A stretch of DNA of 62,741 bases, counting the filler, from Chiloscyllium plagiosum (taxonomy: Eukaryota), in assembly GCF_004010195.1 (NCBI RefSeq). It is 3 parts of one record of this genome, joined end to end, with 100 filler letters (N's around TTAATTAATTAA, not from the genome) between each part and the next. Parts side by side here need not be neighbours in the genome. Positions count along the whole stretch, not along the records: positions 24,753 to 56,622 come from NC_057715.1; positions 56,723 to 62,741 come from NC_057715.1; 1 more part is not named here. One strand, written 5' to 3'. Positions 52,216 through 62,741 of the stretch are shown in pieces. Position numbers and translations under genes: made by a program. The notes beneath the pieces are model-generated. The model ran no database searches and was not told where the DNA came from. It worked only from the letters and a program-made list of their open reading frames with translations. Position 1 is the first letter of the stretch. Each line of letters starts with the position of its first letter.

Positions 52216-52453
52216 GTAGGTAAAAACAATGACTGCAGATGCTGGAAACCAGAGTCTAGATTAGAGTGGTGCTGGAAAAGCACAGCAGTTTAGGCAGCAT
52301 CTGAGAGCAGTAAAATCGACGTTTCGGCAAAAGCCCTTCATCAGGAATACTTCATCAGTTCCTGATGAAGGGCTTTTGCCCGAAATATCGATTTTACTGC
52401 TCCTCGGATGCTGCCTGAACTGCTGTGCTTTTCTAGCACCACTCTAATCTAGA
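52216..52453. mobile_element. Palindromic Penelope pLTR mini-element with two hammerhead cores
   Basis: Minus CTGATGA-agggcttttgcc-GAAACGTC (52318-52344) and plus CTGATGA-agggcttttgccc-GAAATATC (52362-52389); 14-bp TSD CTCTTTT(T/A)AATAGC. Confidence 0.92.
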
Positions 52454-54784
52454 CTCTTTTAAATAGCAACTTGGCTTAGAAATTTGTCACTCCCTTCCCT
52501 GAGATCATCTTCTACAAATTCCTTCCCTTTAGTGAATCCTGACCCAAAATACTCATTTAGGACCTCACCAACCTCTTCTGACTCCATGTTTAGATTCCCT
52601 CCTTTGTCCTTGAGTGGGGCCAACCCTTTCCCTGACTACCCTTTTGCTTTTTATAATGTATAGGAAACCCTGGGATTCTCCTTAATCTTGTTCACTAACA
52701 ACTTTTTATGACCCCTTTTAACCTTTCTGATTCAGTGTTTAAGTTCTTTCCCACTTTCCTTGTATATTTGAAGGGCTTCATCAGTTCCCATCCTCATAGA
52801 CCTTACATCTGATTCCTTTTTAAATTTTTGACCAAGGTCATAGCCTGCTTGGTCATCCAAGGCTCCTGCAACTTGCCGTACCTATCCTTTATTTTTGCAG
52901 GTATGTGCTGCTTCTGAACTCAGATCAACTTCTGTTTGAAATACTCCCACATGTCCATTGCGGATTTATCCTCAAACAAACTTCTCCAGCTTAGTATTGC
53001 TGTGGTTCGCCTCCCCCCAACTTAACACCTTCACCCGAGGATGCTGTTATCCCTATCCACGAGTGTCTTAAAACACACGTCTTAAAACTCATGGCATTAT
53101 GGTCACTCCTTCTGAAATGCTCCCCTCCTGAACCTTCACTCACCTGGCCGGGCTCATTTCCCAAATCCAGGTGCTTCAAGATATCCTCCAAAATGGTTCA
53201 GACAAATTCTGCCTCATCCAAGCCCCTTCACAAAATGAGTCCCAGCCAATATAGGGGGAGCTAAAATTGCCCACTAATGCAACCCTGTTTTCACAGCTTT
53301 CTAAAATCTGCCTAAATATTTTCTCCTTTATCTCCAACTGGCTGTTGGGAGGCTGTAGTATACTCCCAGCTATATGATTTCACCTTTTCTATTCCTGAAT
53401 TCTACCCATATTGCCTCGCTACATGAGTCCTCTGATATATCCTCCCTCAGTACAGCTGTGAGGTACTCTTTCACCAGTATTTCAACTTCCCCATTCATTT
53501 TGTATCTCTTTCTGTCACACCTGGAACATCTAAACCCCGGGACACTTAGCTGCCAGTCCTGTCCCCCTTTCAGCCAAGTCTCTGCAATCATAATAATAAC
53601 ATAGTTCTAAGTATTAACCAAAGCTCTAAGTTCATCTACCTTGCCTATTATATACTTCTCACATTGAAACACATGTATTTCAGAGACCACCTCTGCTGTT
53701 CTTCTCAACAGTGTTTCTCTGCCTGTTCTTGTTCTTACTCATGGTTGCCTTGGTCTCTACCTCCCCCTGCATTTCTACATTTACTGCCCTCCTCCTCTGG
53801 TTCCCATCCTCCTGCCACACTGGTTGAAATGCTCTCCAACCACTCTACCAAGTAGGCCCCCTCCAGTCTATCCTTTTCCATGACTATTTCAACATTAATA
53901 GATTTATGATCACTGGCCCCAAAATGCTCCCTCACTAACACCTTAGTCCCCTCTCCTGCCTTATTCCGCAACAGTAGGTCAAGATTTGCTCCTTCTCTAG
54001 TATCTACATTCAAATACTGAATCAGAAAATCTTCCTGTACACACTTAAATTCCATTCCATTCAAGCCTTTAACATTACAGCAGTCCCAGTCTATGTCTGA
54101 AAAGTTTAGATCTCCTACTATTACCATCCTATTGTTGTTACAGATAACGGAGATCACCTTACAAATTTGTTTTTCAATTTCCCACTGATTATTGGGACCT
54201 TTAATACAACTCCAATAAGGTGAACATCCCTTTCTTATTCTTCAACTGCAACCAAATAACTTCCCTGGACATACACCTGAGAAATACCCTCCCCAAGTAC
54301 AGCCTTAATGTTATCCCTAATCAAAAATGCCACTCCTCCTCCTCCTCTCTTACCCCACCCCTCCTTCTATCCTTCCTATAGCATCTATAACCTGGAACAT
54401 TAAGTTGCCTGTCCTGGGCATCCCTGAGCCACACTTCTGTAATCACTATGATATTCCAGTTCCATGTTCTCAACAATGTCATGAGTTCAACTGTCTTACT
54501 TGTTGGCCTCTCAGATTAAAATAAATGTAGTTTAAGTTATCCTACCTCATTCTCTATTTTGTTCCTGCCTGCCCTATTTGACTGGCTCCTTTTCCCAACT
54601 GTACCAGTCTCAGAGTGAACTCTTTTCTCAATATCTCCCTGGGCCCTAACTGCCTCTTCTTCACCATGCTTGTCCCTTTGTACCCCCATTTCTCACCAGA
54701 ATGGTCTGAGATCTCTTGGCTTCTTCCTTGACCAGAAGCCTGAAGAAACCCCATCCACCACCACTCCCCTTTGCCTGGACCAAA

Positions 54785-55090
54785 GCAGCACTGTAGCTCA
54801 GTGGTTAGCACTGCTGCCTCACAGCACCAGGGTCCCAGTCGCCTCGGGCAACTGTCTGTGTGGAGTTTGCATATTCTCCCCATGTCTGCATGAGTTTTCT
54901 CTGCGTGCTCTGGTTTCCTCCCACAGTCCAAAGATGTGCAGGTCAGGGGAATTGGCCAAGCTAAATTGCCCATTGTGTTAAGTGCATTAGTCAGAGGGAA
55001 ATGGGTCTGGGTGGGTGACTCTTCATAGGGTCGGTGTGGACTTGTTGGGCTGAAGGGCCTGTTTCCACACTGTAGAGAATCTAATCCAAA
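54785..55090 (+). mobile_element. HE1-type V-SINE
   Basis: GCTCAGTGGTTAGCACTGCTGCCTCACAGC head, TGTGTGGAGTTTGCA..TCTCCCC..GGTTTCCTCCCACAGTCCAAAGA V-domain and CR1-like tail; B box deleted. Confidence 0.9.
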
Positions 55091-55159
55091 CTCATCTCTC
55101 ATTGAACAATTTCTCCTTTAATTCATCTCCCTTCTGACAAGTTGGTTGCCTTGGATACC

Positions 55160-55990
55160 CAGTTATGCCTGCCTTGCTCCCGTCCTACACAGAGCCCCTC
55201 TCACAACTGTTTTGTCTGTACTTTAACAACAGTTGCCACTTGATTCTCCCTTGAAAGTTTTCTTCATTTTCATCCAATTTCCAAATGTAACTTTTACATG
55301 GTCATCTCCAACATTTCCCTTCCTTTCCTTGACCTTCAGCACTATTTCAGGGAGTCTACTGCCATCCACTACAATGTCACTGACTCCCTTAGCTACCTTC
55401 ACTCCAGCTCTTCACACCCCAAGTCCTGCAAGGGTTCCATCCCATCCTCCCAGTTCCTTTGATTATGTCATTATCAGTTCGGATGATGCCACCTTCCAAA
55501 GGAGCGCTGTTGACTTGGTTTCCTTCTTCCATGACACTGTTTTCCTGCCCACTCTGGTTGACAAGGCCTGGAATCGTATTTGACTTGTCACCATGCTTCC
55601 ACCCTTCCCATCACTCTCGGCATTGTGTTTGGGACCCCTCATTCTCACTTTTTAATCCCTCCTGCCTCCACATTAAAAGGATGTTTCTCTGCCATTTCAG
55701 ACAACTCCAGCAGAACGCAGCACCGTCCTTTCACTACCCCTGTCTGCATTTCACAGGGACCATTCTCTTATGACACAGTAGTCCTCAATGGCCACCAGCA
55801 CCACCCTGCCTCCCCTTGGCACCTTTCCATGTCACTACAGGTGCCCCTTCACCTCCTCCCTGCTCACCATCCAAGGGCCGAAACAATCTTTCCACGTGAA
55901 GCAGCATTTTGCCTGTATGTCCTCCAAGCTGGTCTATTGCATTCACCTCCGGTCTGTGTGCTGGCCTTACCCTGGCTTCCACTTTGTACA
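55160..55990 (+). mobile_element. Penelope-like RT C-terminus / GIY-YIG start, decayed
   Basis: FTWSSPTFPFL, SSDDATF..FF, TIQGPKQSFHVKQHFACMSSKLVYCI. Confidence 0.85.
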
Positions 55991-56049
55991 CTAACTTAGT
56001 CTGTCTTCCCAACTTGTCTGTGCGTATACCTGACACTGTCTCCACTATA

Positions 56050-56622
56050 CCATACAACTGCCAAATTATTCAAAACTCCCACTAAAGCCGCACAAGCAAA
56101 TCACCCCCGAAGGGTAATATTCTCGCCGTGGTTCAAGTGCAAACCATCAGACTTGTATAGGCCCTACCTTACCAAGAAATGGTCCCAGTGATCCAGAAAT
56201 CTAAAACTTCTACCCTCTCCCCCCACCACCCACGCCCCCAGCATATTCATCTGTTCTATCTGCCTATTCCTATAATCACCAGCACACAATACTGGGAGTA
56301 ATTCAGAAATTAGAACCTTTGAGGTCCTGCTTTTTGATCTGCTGCATAACTCCCTACATTCTTGTCACAGGACCACTTCCCTCCAACTGCCTATGTCATT
56401 GGTACCAATGTGAACCATCTCTGACTGTTCACCCTCCCCCCTCTCAGAATGCTCTGTAGCGGTTCAGTGACATCCTTGACCCTGGCCCCAGGAAGGCAAG
56501 TCACCATCCTGCAATGATGTCTGTGACTGCAGAAATACCTGAGAGTACCCCGCATGACTGAGATTCCCACCACTATTGTTCTCCCGCTCTTTCTGATCCC
56601 CACCTTGTGCAGCTGAGCTCTG
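56050..56622 (-). mobile_element. CR1 ORF1 (SGNH esterase-like) fragment
   Basis: IVVGISVMRG..RMVTCLPGARVKDVTE.LQSIL, VHIGTND. Confidence 0.88.
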
Positions 56623-56722
56623 NNNNNNNNNNNNNNNNNNNNNNNNNNNNNNNNNNNNNNNNNNNNTTAATTAATTAANNNNNNNNNNNNNNNNNNNNNN
56701 NNNNNNNNNNNNNNNNNNNNNN
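56623..56722. other. Artificial assembly gap linker
   Basis: 44 N + TTAATTAATTAA + 44 N. Confidence 0.98.
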
Positions 56723-58760
56723 AGGGCCAATTTTAGTCAGCCCACTGTAGGTGTACGAAGAGAAGAAGGTATGCTCCAAGATTTGGATGCCGTTGAGTAC
56801 CAGGATGCATACGTTCCTTTGGGATCTCAACCGTGATGGCTCCTCCTTTTACTCACTGGTAAAAAGACACAGGTTCTGCCTGCAGCTCTTTGTGCTGCTG
56901 GCTGATGATGGATCCCTCGTCTCAGATCTGGAAAGCATCAGGGCATGAGTGTTGTCCTACACAATGTGATTGTGAGTCATAAACCAGTTGGTTGCTGCCA
57001 TGTTGTGATACTAGCTGGTCAGTTTGGTCCCTCCTCGCTTTCTCACTAATGTCCAGGAAAAACTCACTGAGTTTTTCTGGGACAACAGACAGCGCTGAGT
57101 CACTGCTGTGGTTCTGAGTCTCCCGCTTGAGGAGGGTGGTCAGCCGCTGGTGTGACATTGCACCCAGGTAAAGACTCCCCACCTTCAGACCCTGTAGTGA
57201 TACCTTTACATTGATTCTCATGACGTATTTCTTCCATCAAGTGCACGACCTCCGTTCCAGCATGCAATTCCTGTTTGTGTATTGGTCCCAGTCTCAGGTC
57301 ATCTTTCAGGGATTGTCTGGTTTCTATCTGAACTTGATCACAGTCTGGGACACATTCAGCTCGAGTCGGAGCTTTTCCCCCTGTGAGAGAGCTGGCTCTC
57401 ATCAGGGAGCCCAGCTCAGGAACAGGTTTCTGAACACGGTTTGTGCTGGCTGGGGGAGGAGAGAGCTCAGGTTACAGGGATGACCAGAGTCGGGGACTCA
57501 CTGGATGGCAGAGGAGTGGACTGGATAACACCGACAAGGTTGACTGCAAGGGTGTCGGTCCCCCTCTGGTTCGTGCCCCGAGCCATCCAGAGTCTGATGG
57601 ACAAGGCATTCTGCCCCCAAACCTCATGTACACTTGAGGCTGCTCAAGCGTGTAGTGACCTTCTGGACAAACTGATCACCATCTGTCCGGAATTTCACAT
57701 TGTGCTGTACACAGCCGACTCTCTGAGATATCCTCCTGGTGCCCTTTTGAACAGCACGGTGGTATTATTTGTACATACACTCTCCACTGATGTACTTTCA
57801 CCCACCACCCGGATGTGCCTTGGTGTAATGTTTCACCCTCCGGTGGCAGAGTTCTCCAATGGAGGGCCATCTACGAAGGTGTCCTCTCCTCTTACATCGG
57901 GGATCTGGGGTGGAGAATGCTACACGCAGTAATCTTGGTGAATGAGTAATTTTACCAGGCACCAGACCACGTGCATGTTCTGTGCCCTGGAGGAGATGGT
58001 GCATCTGTTTCCAGCACCTTTTTATCTCTTTGAAGGGGCTGTTGTTAAAAGTTGCTTGCACTTCAGCCCCACACTCCTGATCTATGAGAACTCGGTGGGG
58101 GAGGGGTAGACAAGTCTGAATTTTCTCATGGCTTTGCTCCTGGGCCTGGCCAAGATCACCATCAACAGGCAGCAGGCTGAAGGGGAGCTCATTGTTCCAG
58201 ATTGTGTGCCCCTCTTTCCCAGTTACATCCATGCTCATGTGTCCCTGGAGAGGGAGTACACCGTGCTCACCAGCGCAGTCGAGGCCTTTGAGACTGCTGG
58301 GCACCGTGAGGGCTGAAGTGCATTATCAGCGTGGATAATGATATTCTCATTTAGTTCATTGTCTCTGTCGTATCAGTTTACATTTAGCCCATTCAGTTTG
58401 TGTTTATTTTCAGTTTGGTGCACCAGGAAGAGGGCTGTTTTATTTTCCCTTGGATTTTCAACCATCGTTGTCCCTGTCCTGGGAGTGTTCATTAGGGATG
58501 GGGCAGAGAGGATTTATTTACTTAGTTGTTTAATTGTTTGTTTAATTATTTGTCGTCTTTGATTTTGCTTGAGTTTATTTTTACTTTGGTTCCTTGTTGT
58601 CCATGCCCCAAAAGAGGTCGATAAGGACCATCAAGGTAGAGACTTTTTTTTGCTTGTTCATCTTTTGTTTTCTCTCCCTATAGTAATAGCACTTTTGGTT
58701 TTGTTTAACAGAGTCAGGGCAACTTTATTTTCAGTTTTGAAATTGCAGAGTGGGCTTTGA
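56723..58760 (+). mobile_element. Tx1-clade L1-like element, ORF2 with RT core deleted, plus T-rich 3' UTR
   Basis: FYSLVKR..LLADDGSLVSDLESIRA (pre-RT linker) joined to VINQLVAAML..EFFW..LSLPLEEGGQ (post-RT), ending LLLGLAKITINR..DCVPLF..HVSLERE. Confidence 0.8.
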
Positions 58761-58829
58761 TCTATGTTTCACCCTGTGCTGTCCCTGTCCTGGGAATGCC
58801 TGATCAGGACAGTATCGCAGCTCTTGTTT

Positions 58830-60445
58830 TTTTCTATTTACATTGTCCAGTGAAAATATATGGGAACGAATAACAAATAATAAAGGAAAGGTCACTTTGA
58901 TGGGATTGTACAATAGGCTTACCAACAGTAAGAGAGAAATTGAGAAACAAATATGTAGGGAGATCTCCAATACACACAAGGACAATAAGGTTGTTAATGA
59001 TGGGGGATTTTAATTTTCCAAACATTGACTGAAGTTATCATTATATTAAAAGTTTGGATGGTGAAAAATTTGTCAAATATGTTTAAGAAAATTTTCATTC
59101 TCAATATGTGGATGGTCCTACTCGAGAAGGAGCAAAACGAGACCTTCCTTTGGGTAATAAGGCAGGACAGGTTACTGAAGTAAAGCCAGGGGAAAACTTT
59201 GAGTCTAGTCATCAGAGTTCAGTTATGAAATGGTTATGAACAAGGATAAGCCTTCCATAAAAAATCAAAATTTTCAACTGAAATAAGGCAAATTTTAATG
59301 CTATGTGATTAAACACTTTCAAAAGATGACTGTTTTCAGGAAAAAGGATATCTGGCGGGTGGGAGGCATTCAAGAGTGTGATGACAAGTTCAGAGGCATT
59401 TTTTTCCTGTTCGAGTGAAGGGTAAGGCTGCGAAGAGTATCGTACAATGGATGAATAAAGATGTTGAGGTTCTTGTCAAAAATAAGAGGGAACCTTATTT
59501 GAAATGCAGACAACTTGGTTCAGTTGAATCTCTTAATCAATATAAAGATTGTAGGGGAATTCTTAAGAGAGAAATTAGGAAGGCAAAGAGAGGATTTGAG
59601 TTAGCATTGGCAGATAAGGTTAAAGATAATCCAAAGCGATTCTACAAATGCATTAAGAGCAAGAGGGCAACTAGAGAGTGGGTATGGCCTCTTAAAGGAG
59701 GTGGGAAAGAAACTAAATGAATATTTTACGTCAATTTTTACTGTGGAGAAAGAAACGGTGTCTAGAGAATATAAGGAAATAAACTTGAATGTTTTAAAAA
59801 CAGTTCACATTAAAGACAAAGAAATTTGGGAGGTCTTAGAGAAAATAAAGGTGGGACCTAATCAAATGTATTCCAGAACATTGTGGAAAGTAAGGGAGGA
59901 ACTTATGAGTCCTCTTGCGGAAATATTTGCATCATCTATAACAATGGGTGAGATGTCTGTTGACTGGAGGGTGGCTAGTATCTTTGTTCAAGAAAGATTG
60001 TCGGAAGAAAGCAGGGAACTATAGACCTGTGAGGCTGACTTTGGTTGTGGTAAATTGTTGGAGGTGATTATCAAATATAGGGTTTGTGGACATTTAGAGA
60101 GGCATAAATTGAGTAAAGATAGACAGCATGGTTATGTGTGAGGAAAAACATGTCTCACAACATGAATGAGTTTTTTTTGAGGAAGGTGGTTTATTACAGC
60201 GGAGTAGACAATATTTATTTGGATTTTAGTAAAGTCTTTGACAAGCTTCCACATGGTAAACTAATGGGATTCAGGGTGAGCTTGCCAATTAGATATATAA
60301 TTGGCTTAATGGCAGGAGCTGAAAATGTGTTGCTGGAACAGCGCAGCAGGTCAGGCAGCATCCAGGGAACAGGAGAATCGATGTTTCAGGCATAAGCCCT
60401 TCTTCAGGCAGGAGACAAAGTAAATGGTGAAGGTTGCTTTTTAAA
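58830..60445 (+). mobile_element. CR1 ORF2 fragment (EN end, linker, RT start)
   Basis: MMGDFNFPNID, KDNPKRFYKCIKSKR, LNEYFTSIFT, YLDFSKVFDKLPH. Confidence 0.92.
60319..60406 (-). mobile_element. Penelope pLTR mini-insertion ending at the hammerhead core
   Basis: Same family as 31288; 8-bp TSD GGCAGGAG (60311-60318, 60407-60414) restores the CR1 WLNGRRQ frame. Confidence 0.88.
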
Positions 60446-61037
60446 CATTAAGTTTCTGAAATTATAATTTACCCAGACTCTTTCCTCAATCCAAACACAA
60501 TGCTCTAATTTGAAGATTGAGCAGATAAGTTACATCTTAATTTTATTTCTCCAATTAATTTTAATCAGCTGTTGTCAATTCCAAGAGGTAATTTTTAATC
60601 AAGCTATGAGAGTGAAATTCGAAATGAATATTTTGTCACAGTTTTTACTTTACACAACCATCCAAAGTTCCTTAAAAGGACTATACATTGACACAGGCAC
60701 ACACTACAGTTTCAAATCACCACAAGTTCCCAAAATACAAATTAAAGTCAAAGTATTACTAGGTCTTGAGACAAAACATACAAATTACAAAAGTGAACAT
60801 ATAACAACCGACAAATGCAAATGCCTACAAACCAAAACACAGAATTAACACTTCATGGAGGGACTATGGGCATTCACATTAGCATCCAGACAAGAAAGAT
60901 TTATTACCTTGGTCAAACACAAAAGTTAGTGTCTCTCTTTCTCTCTTTGCAAGACTTGTAAGTAGAGCGAGAAGAACACAGCAACTTCACGTTCTAAGAA
61001 AAGATTGAAGGGTGATATTTCATTTTCTGTCTTCTCT

Positions 61038-61420
61038 TCACCAGTGACCACTCCACCTCCATTCTTGTTTTGATAGAAATGTTCCCTTGAGATCGTTTGC
61101 TATCACAATGTTACATTCATGGGATGTACCCTGGTAAATTAAATTTTCTGCAAACGTGGTGAGACTTGTGTCAGCATTTGCCCCTCTGGTACGGCTTGTC
61201 TCTGCAGGAGCCATTGGCGCAGAAGGGGCTGGGTTCTCTGCTTTTCTCTCGAAAGGGGGTGGGGAGTTATATTCCTGTTTATCTTCCTCACTGCACTGAG
61301 TAGATCCACATACTAAACTTCCCCCAATCTATATCTCCATCAATTTCCTTCCTATTCTCGGTCCAAATGCCCACATGTAGGAATCCTCTGAGAACCTCAA
61401 GAATGGTTTATTGCACACGT
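61038..61420 (-). mobile_element. Possible ERV gag N-terminal remnant
   Basis: 96 stop-free codons (61328-61041) with SPPPF and PSAP, preceded in another frame by GFLHVGIW..IDWGKFSMW. Confidence 0.3.
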
Positions 61421-61422
61421 CT

Positions 61423-62741
61423 TAGAGTCATAGAGATGTACAGCATGGAAACAGACCATTTAGTCCAACTCATCCATGTCGACCAAATGTCCCAACCCAA
61501 TCTAGTCCCACCTGCCAGCACCCGGCCCATATCCCTCCAAACCCTTCCAATTCATATGCCATTCCAGATGCCTTTTATATGTTGCAATTATACGAGCCTA
61601 CATCACTTCTTCTGGCAGCTCATTCCATACACATACCACCCTCTGCATGAAACAGTTGCCCCTGAGGTCTCGTTTATATCTTTACCTTCTCACCCTAAAC
61701 CTACGCCCTCTAGTTCTGGACTCCCCGACCCCAGGGAAAAGACTTTCTCTATTTATCCTATCCATGCCCTTCATGATTTTATAAACTTCTATAATGTAAC
61801 CCCTCAGCCTCTATCACTCCAGGGAAAACTGCCCCAGTCTAATCATATTATCCCTATAGATCAAATTCTCTAACCCTGGCAACATCCTTGTAAAACTTTT
61901 CTGAACCCTATCAAGTTTCACAAAATCTTTACAATATGAAGGAGACCTAGAATTGCATGCAATATTCCAACAGTGGCCTAACCAATGTTCTGTATAGCCA
62001 CAACATGACCCCCCAACTCCTGTACTCAATACTCTGACAAATAAAGGAAAGCATACCAAATACCTTCACTATCCCATCTAACTGTGACTCCACTTTGAAG
62101 GAGCTATGAAACTGCACTCCAAGATCACTTTGTTCAGCAGCACTCCCTCGGACCTTCTCATTAATATATAAGTCCTACCAAGATTTGCTTTCCCAAAATG
62201 CAGCACCTCACATTTATCTAAATTAAACTCCATCTGACACTTCTCAGCCCATTCGCCTATTTGATCAAGATCCCGTTGTAATTTGAGGTAACCTTGTTCG
62301 CTATCCGCTATACTACTAATTTTGGTGTCATCTGTAAACTTACTAACTGTACCTCTTATGCTCACATCAAATCATTTATATAAATGATGAAAAGTAGTGG
62401 ACCTAGCACCAATCTTTGAGGCACTCCACTGGTCACAGGCCTCCAGTCTGAAAAGCATCCCTCTACCACCATCCTCTGTCTTCTACCTTTGAGCCAGTTC
62501 TGTATACAAATTGCTGGTTCACTCTGTATTCCATGAGATCTAACCTTGCTAACCAGTCTCCCATGTGGAGCCTGACTGAAGCTCAAATAGATCACATCTA
62601 CCACTCTGCCCTCATCAATCATCTTTGTTATTTCTTCAAAAAACTCAATCAAGTTTGTGAGACATGATTTCCCACACACAAAGCCACGTTGACTATCCCT
62701 AATCAGTCCTTGCTTTTCCAAATACATGTACATCTTGTCCC
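61423..62741 (-). mobile_element. CR1 LINE 3' 1.3 kb (continues past the window)
   Basis: [39 protein letters not shown] tail. Confidence 0.96.

Larger units (their letters stand above)
49960..54560 (-). mobile_element. Nested stack of CR1 elements (ORF2 EN to 3' end)
   Basis: IAETWLK.GQDWQL, IVGDLNF..IDW, LDLLL, SDH, QHGF..GRSCLTN, VRPHLEYC; several EN copies imply at least two insertions. Confidence 0.9.

Noticed and set aside
54554..55102. 182-aa ORF
   Set aside because: Antisense read-through of the HE1 SINE.
57441..58304. 163-aa and 168-aa ORFs
   Set aside because: Frameshifted or antisense frames of the Tx1 relic.

Overview
Repeat-dense vertebrate intronic or intergenic DNA, almost certainly from a shark. 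An HE1/V-SINE, many CR1 (HER1-type) LINE fragments and several Penelope families point to a carpet/bamboo shark; the species is inference. No intact host gene is visible, only one candidate 111-nt coding exon (2886-2996). Most of the window is nested, decayed mobile DNA: more than 15 CR1 pieces, an older ORF1-less LINE with a tRNA-like head, Penelope-like elements (RT + GIY-YIG), a Tx1-type L1 lacking its RT core, Gypsy remnants, solo LTRs, SINEs and DNA-transposon MITEs. Two 100-bp artificial gap linkers are present. Most notable: (1) about 10 Penelope pLTR-derived mini-insertions carrying minimal hammerhead-ribozyme cores, several as head-to-head palindromes with long target-site duplications and with breakpoints clustered at the ribozyme; (2) a 1.5-kb foldback element with roughly 590-bp arms and hAT-like ends; (3) a CpG-rich solo LTR with a tandem E2F/E-box/ETS array; (4) minisatellites and hairpins born out of LINE coding sequence. 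All family names come from motif recognition by eye, and boundaries of old elements are approximate.
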